From contig CM059432.1 in assembly GCA_030390025.1 (NCBI GenBank), forward strand, positions 94,056,001 through 94,120,000: a stretch of 64,000 nt of DNA, read 5' to 3'. Positions 38,901 through 48,649 of the stretch are shown piece after piece. Under the pieces are notes generated by a model. It had not been told where the DNA came from. It made no database searches and saw nothing but the letters and a program-made list of their open reading frames with translations. A program made the position numbers and the translations under genes. Each line of letters begins with the position of its first letter. Within the stretch, counting starts at the first letter, position 1. This stretch comes from Squalus acanthias (lineage: Eukaryota).

Positions 38901-39413
38901 CTGATGCCTCACAGAATCTCGATAATCATCAATGCATTCGAGCCCCAGGCTGACATTGCCAATTAGTGATAATCTTTTTCACAGTAAGATTTCCTTGGTT
39001 AGCAGTGATCTTTCACTTTATTTGATGTTTTTGAGAAGGTCATACTGCTCATCTAGATGTAGCATACATTTATAAGTGAGTCTCTTGAGTAGGGTTATCA
39101 CTAAATAATGATTTAGACTGACATTGGGCAATGCATCAAAAAGCTGTCTGCATTACTAAAGCTGATGTCACACTGCAGAATATTTTAACACATAAGTAGT
39201 TGTAATATTTTTAAACTGCGGTTATATCTATGCTGCAGGGAATACATGTTGCAGGAAATGTTAGAAGTTTGAATATTTCTGTGATACAGCTTTTTTCCAT
39301 GACTATAGGAAAACCACTGTGGGCAAATGCTGTGCAGGTTCTGCTACGCTGAATTGACGAACAGTGACCATCAGCCTCTCTGTTAGCTTATTATGACATA
39401 TATACATAATTAC

Positions 39414-39628
39414 TGACGTAATAAAGACTCACTACGCACTTGAACATAAAGCAAGGCTTTAATCAACTTGTAACAAAACATGGAGGTCTAGTTAGCAGTC
39501 ACTAGCTTCCTGTTTCCAGATTGTCTCTGCCCAAGGTGGGCCCATGCCTGAGTATTTATACTCCCTGGACGGCGCCCCAGCTGGCCGCCCAGTAGTACTT
39601 CCTGAGTTGTTACTTGCGATTTATGACA
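39414..39628 (-). repeat. 3' LTR
   Basis: Direct repeat of 43710-43924; preceded on the minus strand by the polypurine tract. Confidence 0.97.
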
Positions 39629-39915
39629 TTCTTCCTCCCAAAAAGGTTTGGAAGTCCAGTCTTCCTTTAACGGACTAGGCGGACCAGAAATAGCCGTAGA
39701 CGTTTAGCTCTCTGCTTGTGACTGGAAGGCACGTCTCCCCGGACCGTGTCCTGGTCCCTGGGTTGCTTGGCCCGTACCGGTAAGTCAGTAGAGTCCGCGT
39801 CATCTTGATCATCCTGCGGAGGACTGGGAATATCATGACTCCGGGTGCGGGTCCCCACAGGTGCTGAGCTGGCCTCATCCCGGGTCGTGGCTGGAGATTG
39901 TCCGGCGTCCTGGTT

Positions 39916-41970
39916 TCAGGTGGCCATCCTACGGGGAGCGTCCAGCTCCCTGAGTTGATCCGGTAGCGTTGCCGGCAGATCCCCCGATGTCCCAGGCGGG
40001 GCGTCATTTTCATAGGGGTGCGGAGTGTTGATATCATTGTCGGGGGATCCTTCATCATTCGGGCCCGTGTGACCGGTTGGGCAGGGAGCCAGATCTCGGA
40101 GCGAGACGGTGGTCTCCCGGCCATCAGGGTACCGTACGTGCGCATACGTGGGGTTTACCTCCGTTAACTCCACCTCGTCAACGAGAGGGTCGTTTTTGGC
40201 AGACCGGACGAACCTCCGGAGTAGCACCGGGCCTGGAGCCACCAACCATGACGGTAGAGACGTCCCATATGTAGAGCGACGCCGGAATTTGAAGAATCGC
40301 TCATGAGGCGTGACATTAGTAGATGTGGAGAGAAGAGACCTGATAGAGTGTAACGCGTCGGGGAGCACCGTTTCCCACTGCTGGTCCGGCAGGTTGCGTG
40401 ACCTTCGTGCCAGACGGACAGCGTTCCAGATGATGGCATTGTATCGTTCAACCTGTCCGTTACCGATTGGGTGGTATGGTGTCGTCCTACTTGAGGCGAT
40501 TCCCCGTTGGGAGAGATAACTTTTAAGTTCACTCGACATAAAGGAGGGACCCCGATCAGTGTGGATAAAATTGGCCGTCCCGCAAAGGGAAAAGACCTGA
40601 TCGAGGCATTTAATTACCGTAGAGGTAAGCATATTAGGGCAGGGGAAGGCGAAGGGAAAGCGTGAATACTCGTCCACCATCGTAAGTAGGTAGGTGTTCC
40701 TTGTCGACGAAGGCAATGGCCCTTTAAAGTCTATGCTGAGCCTCTGCATAGGCTGCATTGCATGTATGAGTAAGCCATCTGATGGGCGAAAGAATTGTGG
40801 TTTCAATTCTGCACAAATCCTACAGGAGGAGCATGTTTTCTTTACGTCCTCGGTTGAAAATGGTAGATTTTTGGAGCGCACAAAGTGCAACATGCGGGTC
40901 ACACCAGGATGGCATAAGTCCATATGCAAATCCACCAGAGTCGACGTTGACATTGAGGAGCAAAATGCCCGTGTGAAGGTATCTGGGGCCACGTTCTGTT
41001 TGCCGGGTCGGTAACAGATAGTATATCCAAAGGCAGCCAGCTCCATCCTCCAGAGTTGAATTTTATTATTTTTGATTTTCGTGCACCTCCGGTTATCCAA
41101 CATGAAGGCCACAGAGCGCTGGTCAGTTATAAGCGTAAAATGACGCCGAGCAAGAAAATGACCCCATTGGCGTACAGCCTCGATGATGGCCGTAGCCTCC
41201 TTCTCGACGGGGGGGTAATGGAGCTCGCTACCCTGCAAGGTTCTGGATAGGAATGCCATGGGTCGGCCACCTTGATTCAAGGTAGCGGAGATCGCCACCT
41301 CCGATGCATCGCATTCGACCACAAAAGGAAGATTTTCGTCAATGGAGCAAAGCGTGGCTTTCTCCAGCTGTCGTTTGAGGAGGTTGAAGGCAGAAATAGC
41401 CGTAGCTTCCAATGGAAAAGACTTCGCATGGAGCAGGGGCTGTATTTTATCGGAGAAGTGTGGTATCCATTTTGCGTAATAAGCAAACATGCCAAGTGCC
41501 CGACGAAGAGAGCCGAGGTTCGTCGGGGGAGGGAGCTCCTGAAGTGGACGAAGTCGCTCTGGGTCCGGTTTAATAATACCGTTGCCCACCCAGTAGCCAA
41601 GAATGTTCACCGATGGCACCGACTTCACCGATTTGGATTCGTTTAACGTTAAGTGGCGACGGCGGAGTACGTCAAAAAATCTCTGAAGATTGGCGTCATG
41701 CTCCTTTTGATCATGGCCGGCAATAGTGATATTGTCTAAATACGGAAAGGTATCCGTCAAGTTCTCTTGCCGGACTAGGCCATCCATGGCCCGTTGGAAG
41801 ACGGCCACCCCATTAGTGACCCCGAATGGAAGGCGGCGAAACTGGAAAAGCCGACCATTGGCCTCAAAGGCTGTATACTTCTTGTCGGAGTCTTGCAGTG
41901 GCACCTGATGGTACGCGCTTTTTAAATCGAAGGTCGAGAATACCTTGTATTTGGCAAGGTTGTTGACCAT
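39916..41970 (-). CDS. pol: Gypsy Pol: RT, RNase H, integrase (the frame is open further upstream, to about 42048)
   Basis: FDLKSAYHQV, LPFG, YLDN, ECDAS, EKEA, LITDQ; HHCC zinc finger; DDE motifs SIDFKG, HTDRG, QVER. Confidence 0.95.
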   Translation of the reverse strand: MVNNLAKYKVFSTFDLKSAYHQVPLQDSDKKYTAFEANGRLFQFRRLPFGVTNGVAVFQRAMDGLVRQENLTDTFPYLDNITIAGHDQKEHDANLQRFFDVLRRRHLTLNESKSVKSVPSVNILGYWVGNGIIKPDPERLRPLQELPPPTNLGSLRRALGMFAYYAKWIPHFSDKIQPLLHAKSFPLEATAISAFNLLKRQLEKATLCSIDENLPFVVECDASEVAISATLNQGGRPMAFLSRTLQGSELHYPPVEKEATAIIEAVRQWGHFLARRHFTLITDQRSVAFMLDNRRCTKIKNNKIQLWRMELAAFGYTICYRPGKQNVAPDTFTRAFCSSMSTSTLVDLHMDLCHPGVTRMLHFVRSKNLPFSTEDVKKTCSSCRICAELKPQFFRPSDGLLIHAMQPMQRLSIDFKGPLPSSTRNTYLLTMVDEYSRFPFAFPCPNMLTSTVIKCLDQVFSLCGTANFIHTDRGPSFMSSELKSYLSQRGIASSRTTPYHPIGNGQVERYNAIIWNAVRLARRSRNLPDQQWETVLPDALHSIRSLLSTSTNVTPHERFFKFRRRSTYGTSLPSWLVAPGPVLLRRFVRSAKNDPLVDEVELTEVNPTYAHVRYPDGRETTVSLRDLAPCPTGHTGPNDEGSPDNDINTPHPYENDAPPGTSGDLPATLPDQLRELDAPRRMAT

Positions 41971-42016
41971 GTCATCTATGCGTGGCAGCGGGTAGGCATC
42001 CAGATCGGTATATTGA

Positions 42017-43609
42017 TTAATAGTCTGCGAATAATCGATACACAGACGTTTTTTTATGTTGTTTTAAGGGATTCCTCACGATGACGACCTGAGCCCGCCA
42101 GGGAGATGAACATGGCTCGATAATACCGTCGACTAAAAGGCGAGAGATTTCCGCCTCAATAAACGCTCGATCGTCTTGGCTAAAGCGCCGCGATTTGGTG
42201 GCTATGGGTTTACAGCGGGGGGGAAGATTGGCAAACAGGGAGGGTTCACCGAGTAAGGCCGCCGAGAGTGCACAAAACGGCACCTTAGAAATGGTAAGCT
42301 CCGGCCTTGACCCTCCAAACTCAAAAGTGATCTTCTTGTGCTGCTTCTGGAAGTCCTGTCCCAGAAGCACATCGCTACATAAGTTTTCGAGTACTCCGAG
42401 CCGGGTGGAGAGATACGTGCGGCCGTTGAGGATGAGGTTGACAAGACAGAAGCCAGAAGAATTGGTGGTCAGAGTCGTCAGAGCCATTGCAATCTCCCTG
42501 TCCGAGGGATAAGTGTGCAGTTTTAACCTGTTGACAGCCTGCTTACTAATGAAGCTGTCAGAGCTGCAGGAGTCGATTAGCGCGCTTAGAGTGTGCCCAT
42601 TTACTGAAACCTTCGTGGCTGCATGGGACAAACTTTGGGGAAAAACAGCCGTGATGGGAGGAGGGGCAATTTTCCCTTCGGCAACTGTAGCCTTAACAGT
42701 GGTTCCTGGGGGAGGAGCAGCTCCATAGATAGCAGCTGTGAAGCTAACAGGAGCTCTCGACCGGTATACTTTAGAGGAGCGGCCTTTCTTGTTAGCAAAG
42801 GCCCGTGACTGGCATACCTTGGAAAAGTGTCCTTTCTTGCTGCAATGATTGCAGGTCACATTACGAGCCGGGCAAAATTTTCTGTGATGGCACGCCCCTC
42901 CACAAAAGAAACACTTTCTTCCTGATTGCCAGGATGCTGCTAGGGCGGGGTCGTCATCAGCAAAGGCCTCAAGGGTAGGGTCGTCGTCCGTTAGAGTAGA
43001 GTCGACATCAGTGGGGGCATCCGCCCGAGACCTACCGAAAGACTCATTAAAGGAGATAGCCACCGCCCGTGCACGTGGTGGGAGATAAGTGTCTGCATTT
43101 TTCTTGGCCAAGTCCAAGGAACACGCCTGGTCATAAGCAGCCCGTAAATTGAGGGTTTTATTTTCCAGCAGGCGCTGACGTATAAAAGGGGACGCGATCC
43201 CATTGATAAAGGAATCGCGGATTAGTTCCTCTTGATACTGTTCAGCTGTAACTGCTTTAAGGTTACAATCCTTGCTGAGCCTGCGAAGTTTCTGGAGAAA
43301 TTCATCGAGTGATTCCCCAGGCTGCTGCCGAGTTGTGGCCAGTAGGTGTCGAGCAAAGATTTCATTTGGGGACTTGACATATAGCTGCTGTAAGATTTCG
43401 ATAGCAGTGTCATAGTCTATACAGTCCTCAATATAATCATACACATGAGGAGACACGTAGTTGATAAGCATTCGTAACTTATTAGGGACATCCGCCCCAC
43501 ATTCTTCAAGAAAGTTGCTAAAGGTACGAAACCAATGCTTCCATACCTTCGCTGCCGCAGGTGCATTCGGGTCCAGGTCGAGACAAGCGGGTCTAAGGAG
43601 TTTTTCCAT
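42017..43609 (-). CDS. gag: Gypsy Gag, aspartic protease and RT N-terminus
   Basis: RQQPGESLDEF motif; two CCHC knuckles (CFFCGGACHHRKFC, CNHCSKKGHFSKVC); LIDSCSS and VLLGQDF; IIEPCSSPW. Confidence 0.95.
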   Translation of the reverse strand: MEKLLRPACLDLDPNAPAAAKVWKHWFRTFSNFLEECGADVPNKLRMLINYVSPHVYDYIEDCIDYDTAIEILQQLYVKSPNEIFARHLLATTRQQPGESLDEFLQKLRRLSKDCNLKAVTAEQYQEELIRDSFINGIASPFIRQRLLENKTLNLRAAYDQACSLDLAKKNADTYLPPRARAVAISFNESFGRSRADAPTDVDSTLTDDDPTLEAFADDDPALAASWQSGRKCFFCGGACHHRKFCPARNVTCNHCSKKGHFSKVCQSRAFANKKGRSSKVYRSRAPVSFTAAIYGAAPPPGTTVKATVAEGKIAPPPITAVFPQSLSHAATKVSVNGHTLSALIDSCSSDSFISKQAVNRLKLHTYPSDREIAMALTTLTTNSSGFCLVNLILNGRTYLSTRLGVLENLCSDVLLGQDFQKQHKKITFEFGGSRPELTISKVPFCALSAALLGEPSLFANLPPRCKPIATKSRRFSQDDRAFIEAEISRLLVDGIIEPCSSPWRAQVVIVRNPLKQHKKTSVYRLFADY

Positions 43610-43709
43610 GATGGATCAGTTTCTTGCCCTAGTTCCCTTCTGTGGTTCGAGTTGCAGCTGGTTGTTCCAAATCACCCAAAGCGTGGAGACGATACCAAGT
43701 TGATTAAAT

Positions 43710-43924
43710 TGACGTAATAAAGACTCACTACGCACTTGAACATAAAGCAAGGCTTTAATCAACTTGTAACAAAACATGGAGGTCTGGTTAGCAGTCACTA
43801 GCTTCCTGTTTCCAGATTGTCTCTGCCCAAGGTGGGCCCATGCCTGAGTATTTATACTCCCTGGACGGCGCCCCAGCTGGCCGCCCAGTAGTACTTCCTG
43901 AGTTGTTACTTGCGATTTATGACA
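43710..43924 (-). repeat. 5' LTR
   Basis: Direct repeat of 39414-39628; TATAAA near 43855 and ATTAAA at 43759-43754 on the minus strand. Confidence 0.97.
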
Positions 43925-44467
43925 ATTACATTTCCAGATGTTGATTAAAATAGACCCAGCAAAAATGAAATTCAGATGGAGGTTATCTGACAAATCTAAA
44001 GGCCTGAACCTTCGTGTAGAAAAGGACAGCTGTCTGAAAGTGTGCTAACAGGCGAGACTAATACTGTTCCATTTTATTTCTGGTAACTTGCTACAGACTG
44101 TAGCTCAATAAATGTGTAATGATTGCGTTACAATCATTAATCCTTCAGTGATAATGACATCGTCCATTAGTTGCTGGAAATGTCCTCAGAAAAGGAACCA
44201 ACACAACACCAGCAATACAAAACATAAAGTAAAAGTAAAAGTAAGCAAAAATCAACCATAATGCCAGTATTTGTAAAATAAAATTTAAATGTATAGGTGG
44301 ACTGAATCTAGTGATCTCCTCTCTGGACTTAGATGAAGGTTTTAAACCACTTGAACTTTCCTTTTGCGCTTTATGATCACATTTGAATCCCTCAATGGGA
44401 TTACTTCTTGGTAATTGCTCCCAGGTATTTATTATTCTCTATGTACCACGATGTCAGGACTAAGAAG

Positions 44468-44602
44468 TAAAAACAGAAAATGCTGGAAAATACTCAGCAG
44501 GTCAGGCAGCACCTGTGGAGAGAGAATCTGTTTCTGCTGAGTGTTTGCAGAATTTTCTGTGTTTATTTCAGATTTCCAGCATCCGCAGTATTTTGCTCTT
44601 GT
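44468..44602. mobile_element. Tiny fold-back Penelope terminus insertion
   Basis: Inverted pLTR end fragments flanked by a 15-bp duplication TGTCAGGACTAAGAA (44453-44467, 44603-44617). Confidence 0.75.
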
Positions 44603-47412
44603 GTCAGGACTAAGAAAACTGTGTAAGGTATCAAAATTGCGCTTTCACGGTTTATGTCTTCACATTACAACCTTAATTGCCAAATTATTTCAGAACTTAT
44701 TTAAAAAAAGAAAAAATAGTTAGTGTTTCTTGGTGTTTATTTAAACCTGTTAAATGACTGTACACAGAACAACAATTGATGTGTGCCATGATATATATAA
44801 TTTTGAAATTAGGTATTGTTACTGTAAATAATTATTCTCATTCCTCATAATGTATAGTTCTTAAAATAATGAATAATTGAAATGGATATAATTAAGACAT
44901 CCCTAATCCTGCTAGTCTGGTATCCTTCGATTCTGCCTGCCATTGAGCTGGTGCAAAGACTTGTTGAAAAGGGTGTTTTGCTTCATAGCCAAACATCAGA
45001 GGCCTTATGTAATATAATTTACATTTTAATTATTGAAAATAGTTGACAGTTTTGTCAGGTTTTATTCAATCAGGAAACATTGTACCAGCATCAAATGGTG
45101 GCAAGCTTCACTCTGAGTATACACTTGGGGACATATACAGAGAACTGATTTCCTCAATTTCACAGAGATGCAAGCAGGCAGTGAAAATGCAGCTCTACAT
45201 TCACATTGCTGTGAAAATACAGCTGGCACTGGGTAGAGTGTACAAGTGGCATAATACACTTTGGCTCAGTGCAGTAACATTTGAGTGATTAGTTTAGCAC
45301 AATAGTTTTCCCCTTTCGATAATATGTGTATAATGTAATTCAAAGTCATCCCTTTTGAGAGAAGTGCGCTTCAAAGGTATTTGGGTTCTTTTGATCATGT
45401 AATCTCTAAACGTTTTTGTTATGTACAACTCAGATATGATATCTGTGAAGCAATGGGTCAAATGCTTCTTATCCAAGTAAACCAGACCTGAAATTGTTCT
45501 CAGATAAAGTCTGGATATGCCTGCATTTCATATCTAAAACATACGCTTATCTTGGGCAAACAAGATGAAGCCTGTATCTATAATGGTTGGATAAGAAATC
45601 TCTGGAAACTGACAGAATTAAACAAGCAGTGTTTTTGAAAGCAAAAGTTTTTTGCAGATCTTTTTTATTTGCCATTTGTTTGACACATAACTTTTTAATA
45701 TGTGGTAAAAAATATCACTGGGTTAGTTGCATATAATAGTATAACAATTCCAGTCACTATTCGGAGGCCAGTAATGTAAACATTCTTTTATATATCCAAG
45801 ATGTGGTGCCTATCTTGACTGTGTTGCAGAGAAGCAGGCTCCTTATTTCCAAATGCCAGAGCCACTGTTCAATGGGGTATGTGTCAATGCTGTGGTCCTG
45901 GCAAGGACTTAAACTTGCACATTAACTGTCTAATGACAAACAAATGTCAAACTTCCTTGGGAGAGGAAAAGTAGAGGAAGCCAGGTCTCTTTTGGATCAA
46001 GTTGGTTCCAAGATGACAGAACATACAAACAAAAGAGTGCACTAACAAATAGGGTCCGGGTAAGAAAAAATGGTAATAAGACAAATAGGGCCATAGTACA
46101 AAAAAATGTTAAGATGTCTAAAAATGTTAAAAAGACAAATCTAAAGGCACTGTATCTGAATGCACGAAGCATTCGTAATAAGGTAGATGAATTAACAGTG
46201 CAAATAGATGTAAACGGATACGATATAATTGCGATTACGGAGACATGGCTGCAGGGTGACCAAGGTTAGGAGCTGAATATCAAGGATATTCGATATTTAG
46301 GAAGGACAGGCAAAAAGTAAAAGGAGGGTGGGGTGGCGTTGTTAGTGAAGGATGAAATCAGAGCAATAGTGAGAAAGGATATTGGCTCAGAAAATCAAGA
46401 TGTAGAATCAGTCTGGGTGGAGCTAAGAAGCACCAAGGGGCAGAAAACATTGGTGGGAGTTGTCTATAGGCCTCCAAACAGTAGTGGTAATGTAGGGGAT
46501 GGCATCAAACAGGATATTAGAGATGCATGTAACAAGGGTACTACAGTAATCATGGGTGACTTTAATCTACATATAGACTGGCCAAACCAAATTAGCAATA
46601 ATAATGTGGAGGATGAATTCCTGGAGTGTGTACGAGATGATTTTTTAGACCAGTACGTTGAGGAGCCAACAAGGGAACAGGCTATCCTCGATTGGGTATT
46701 GTGCAATGAGAAGGGGTTAATTAATAATCTTGTTGTGCGGGGTCCTTTAGGGAAGAGTGACCATAACATGATAGAATTCTTCATTAAGATGGAAAGTGAA
46801 GAAGTCCAATCCGAAACTAGGGTCCCAAATCTAAACAAAGGAAACTACGAAGGTATGAGGAGTTGGCTATGATAGATTGGGGAGCTTCATTAAAAGGCAT
46901 GACAGTGGATAGGCAATGGCTAACATTTAAGGAATGATTGCATGAATTGCAACAGTTATACATTCCTTTCTGGCGCAAAAACACAAAAGGAAAAGCGGCC
47001 CAACCATGGCTAACAAAAGAAATTATGGATAGTATTAGATCCAAAGAGGAGTCATTTAAAGTTGCCAGAAAAAGTAGCAAGCCTGAGGATTGGGAGCAGT
47101 TTAGAGTTCAGCAAAAAAGGACCAAGAGATTGATTAAGAGGGGAAAAATGGAGTATGAGAGTAAACTTGCAAGGAACATAAAAGCAGATTGTAAAAGCTT
47201 CTACAAGTATGTTAAAAGAACAAGATTAGTGAAGACAAATGTAGGTCCCTTACAGTCAGAAACGGGAGAATTTATAATGGGGAACAAGGAAATGGCAGAG
47301 CAATTAAACAAATACTTTGGTTCTGTCTTCACGGAAGAGGACACAAATAACTTCCCAGAAATGCTAGGGAATCAAGTGTCTAGTGAGAAGAAGGAATTTA
47401 AGGAAATCAGTA

Positions 47413-48649
47413 CAGTAAACTCTTGTTTAAATGGCACCTAATTATCCGGAATTCTCTAATAACCGGCAAAATTCAGGAGTAGGTTCAGGAACCCAAAGGT
47501 AAGTTTTACTGTATATTTGTGGCTGTGTAACTGGGGTTCTCGTACCTTTTGCCATGTAACCATGGCTCCTGCACATCTGGTTGTGTAACCGGGTTCCCTG
47601 TACCTGTGGCCGTGTAACCGGGGCTCCAGCACTTGTGGCCGTGTAACCGCGGCTCCTGTACCTGTGGCCGTGTAACCGTGGCTCCTGTACCTGTGGCCGT
47701 GTAACCGCGGCTCCTGTACCTGTGGCTGTGTAACCGGGACTCCTGCACAAGTGGCCGTGTAACCGCTGCTCCTGTACCTGTGGCCGTGTAACCGGGGCTC
47801 CAGTACCTGTGGCCGTGTAACCGGGGCTCCTGGATCTGTGGCCGTGTAACCGGGGCTCCTGTACCTGTGGCCGTGTAACCGGGGCTCCTGTACCTGTGGC
47901 CATGTAACCGGGGCTCCAGTACCTGTGGCCGTGTAACCGGGGCTCCAGCACTTGTGGCCGTGTAACCGGGGCTCCAGCACTTGTGGCCGTGTAACCGGGG
48001 CTCCTGGATCTGTGGCCGTGTAACCGGGGCTCCTGGATCTGTGGCCGTGTAACCGGGGCTCCTGGATCTATGGCCGTGTAACCGGGGCTCCAGTACCTGT
48101 GGCCGTGTAACCGGGGCTCCAGCACTTGTGGCCGTGTAACCGGGGCTCCAGCACTTGTGGCCATGTAACCGGGGCTCCTGGATCTGTGGCTGTGTAACCG
48201 GGGCTCCTGGATCTGTGGCCGTGGAACCGGGGCTCCAGTACCTGTGGCCGTGTAACCGGGGCTCCAGCACCTGTGGCCGTGTAACCGGGGCTCCTGTACC
48301 TGTGGCTGTGTAACCGGGGCTCCAGTACCTGTGGCTGTGTAACCGGGGCTCCAGTACCTGTGGCTGTGTAACCGGGGCTCCTGTACCTGTGGCTGTGTAA
48401 CCGGGGCTCCAGTACCTGTGGTTGTGTAACCGGGGCTCCTGTACCTGTGGCTGTGTAACCGGGGCTCCAGTACCTGTGGCTGTGTAACTGGGGCTCCAGT
48501 ACCTGTGGCTGTGTAACCGGGGCTCCAGTACCTGTGGCTGTGTAACGGGGCTCTCGTACCTTGGTAGGTATACCTCTCCGTTATCCGGAATTTTTAATCA
48601 ACCGGCACCATCCCGGTCCCGTAGGTGTCGGATACGAAAGAGTTTACTG
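47413..48649. mobile_element. pogo/Tigger-like (Tc1/mariner) MITE
   Basis: Perfect 12-bp TIR CAGTAAACTCTT, extending imperfectly to 28 bp; TA TSD; removing it restores the CR1 reading KEISIRKKIVLEKL. Confidence 0.9.
47518..48561. repeat. 29-bp minisatellite, about 36 copies
   Basis: Unit CTGTGGCCGTGTAACCGGGGCTCC(A/T)GTAC with a few variant types; 29-aa periodicity in the translated ORFs. Confidence 0.97.

Larger units (their letters stand above)
39414..43924 (-). mobile_element. Full-length young Gypsy/Ty3 LTR retrotransposon
   Basis: Two 215-bp TG...CA LTRs with one mismatch; TSD ATTAC (39409-39413, 43925-43929); PPT GGGAGGAAGAA next to the 3' LTR; domain order gag-PR-RT-RH-IN. Confidence 0.98.

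Noticed and set aside
43680..43697. TGGTATCG as an initiator-Met tRNA PBS
   Set aside because: It lies 12 nt from the LTR and diverges from TGGTATCAGAGC after 7 nt. Another tRNA cannot be fully excluded without a search.
40077..43717. Antisense and alternate-frame ORFs over the Gypsy element (env or accessory genes)
   Set aside because: Shadow ORFs of GC-rich coding sequence; no env-like ORF between integrase and the PPT.
45043..45288. Possible coding exon (81-aa ORF with a nearby acceptor)
   Set aside because: No recognisable homology and only a weak donor.
47442..48270. Repetitive 174-254 aa ORFs on the minus strand
   Set aside because: By-products of a stop-poor 29-bp repeat read in all three frames.
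47518..48561. CRISPR-like array of ~29-bp repeats
   Set aside because: Units are contiguous with only a few recurring variants, there are no unique spacers and no cas genes, and the context is eukaryotic.
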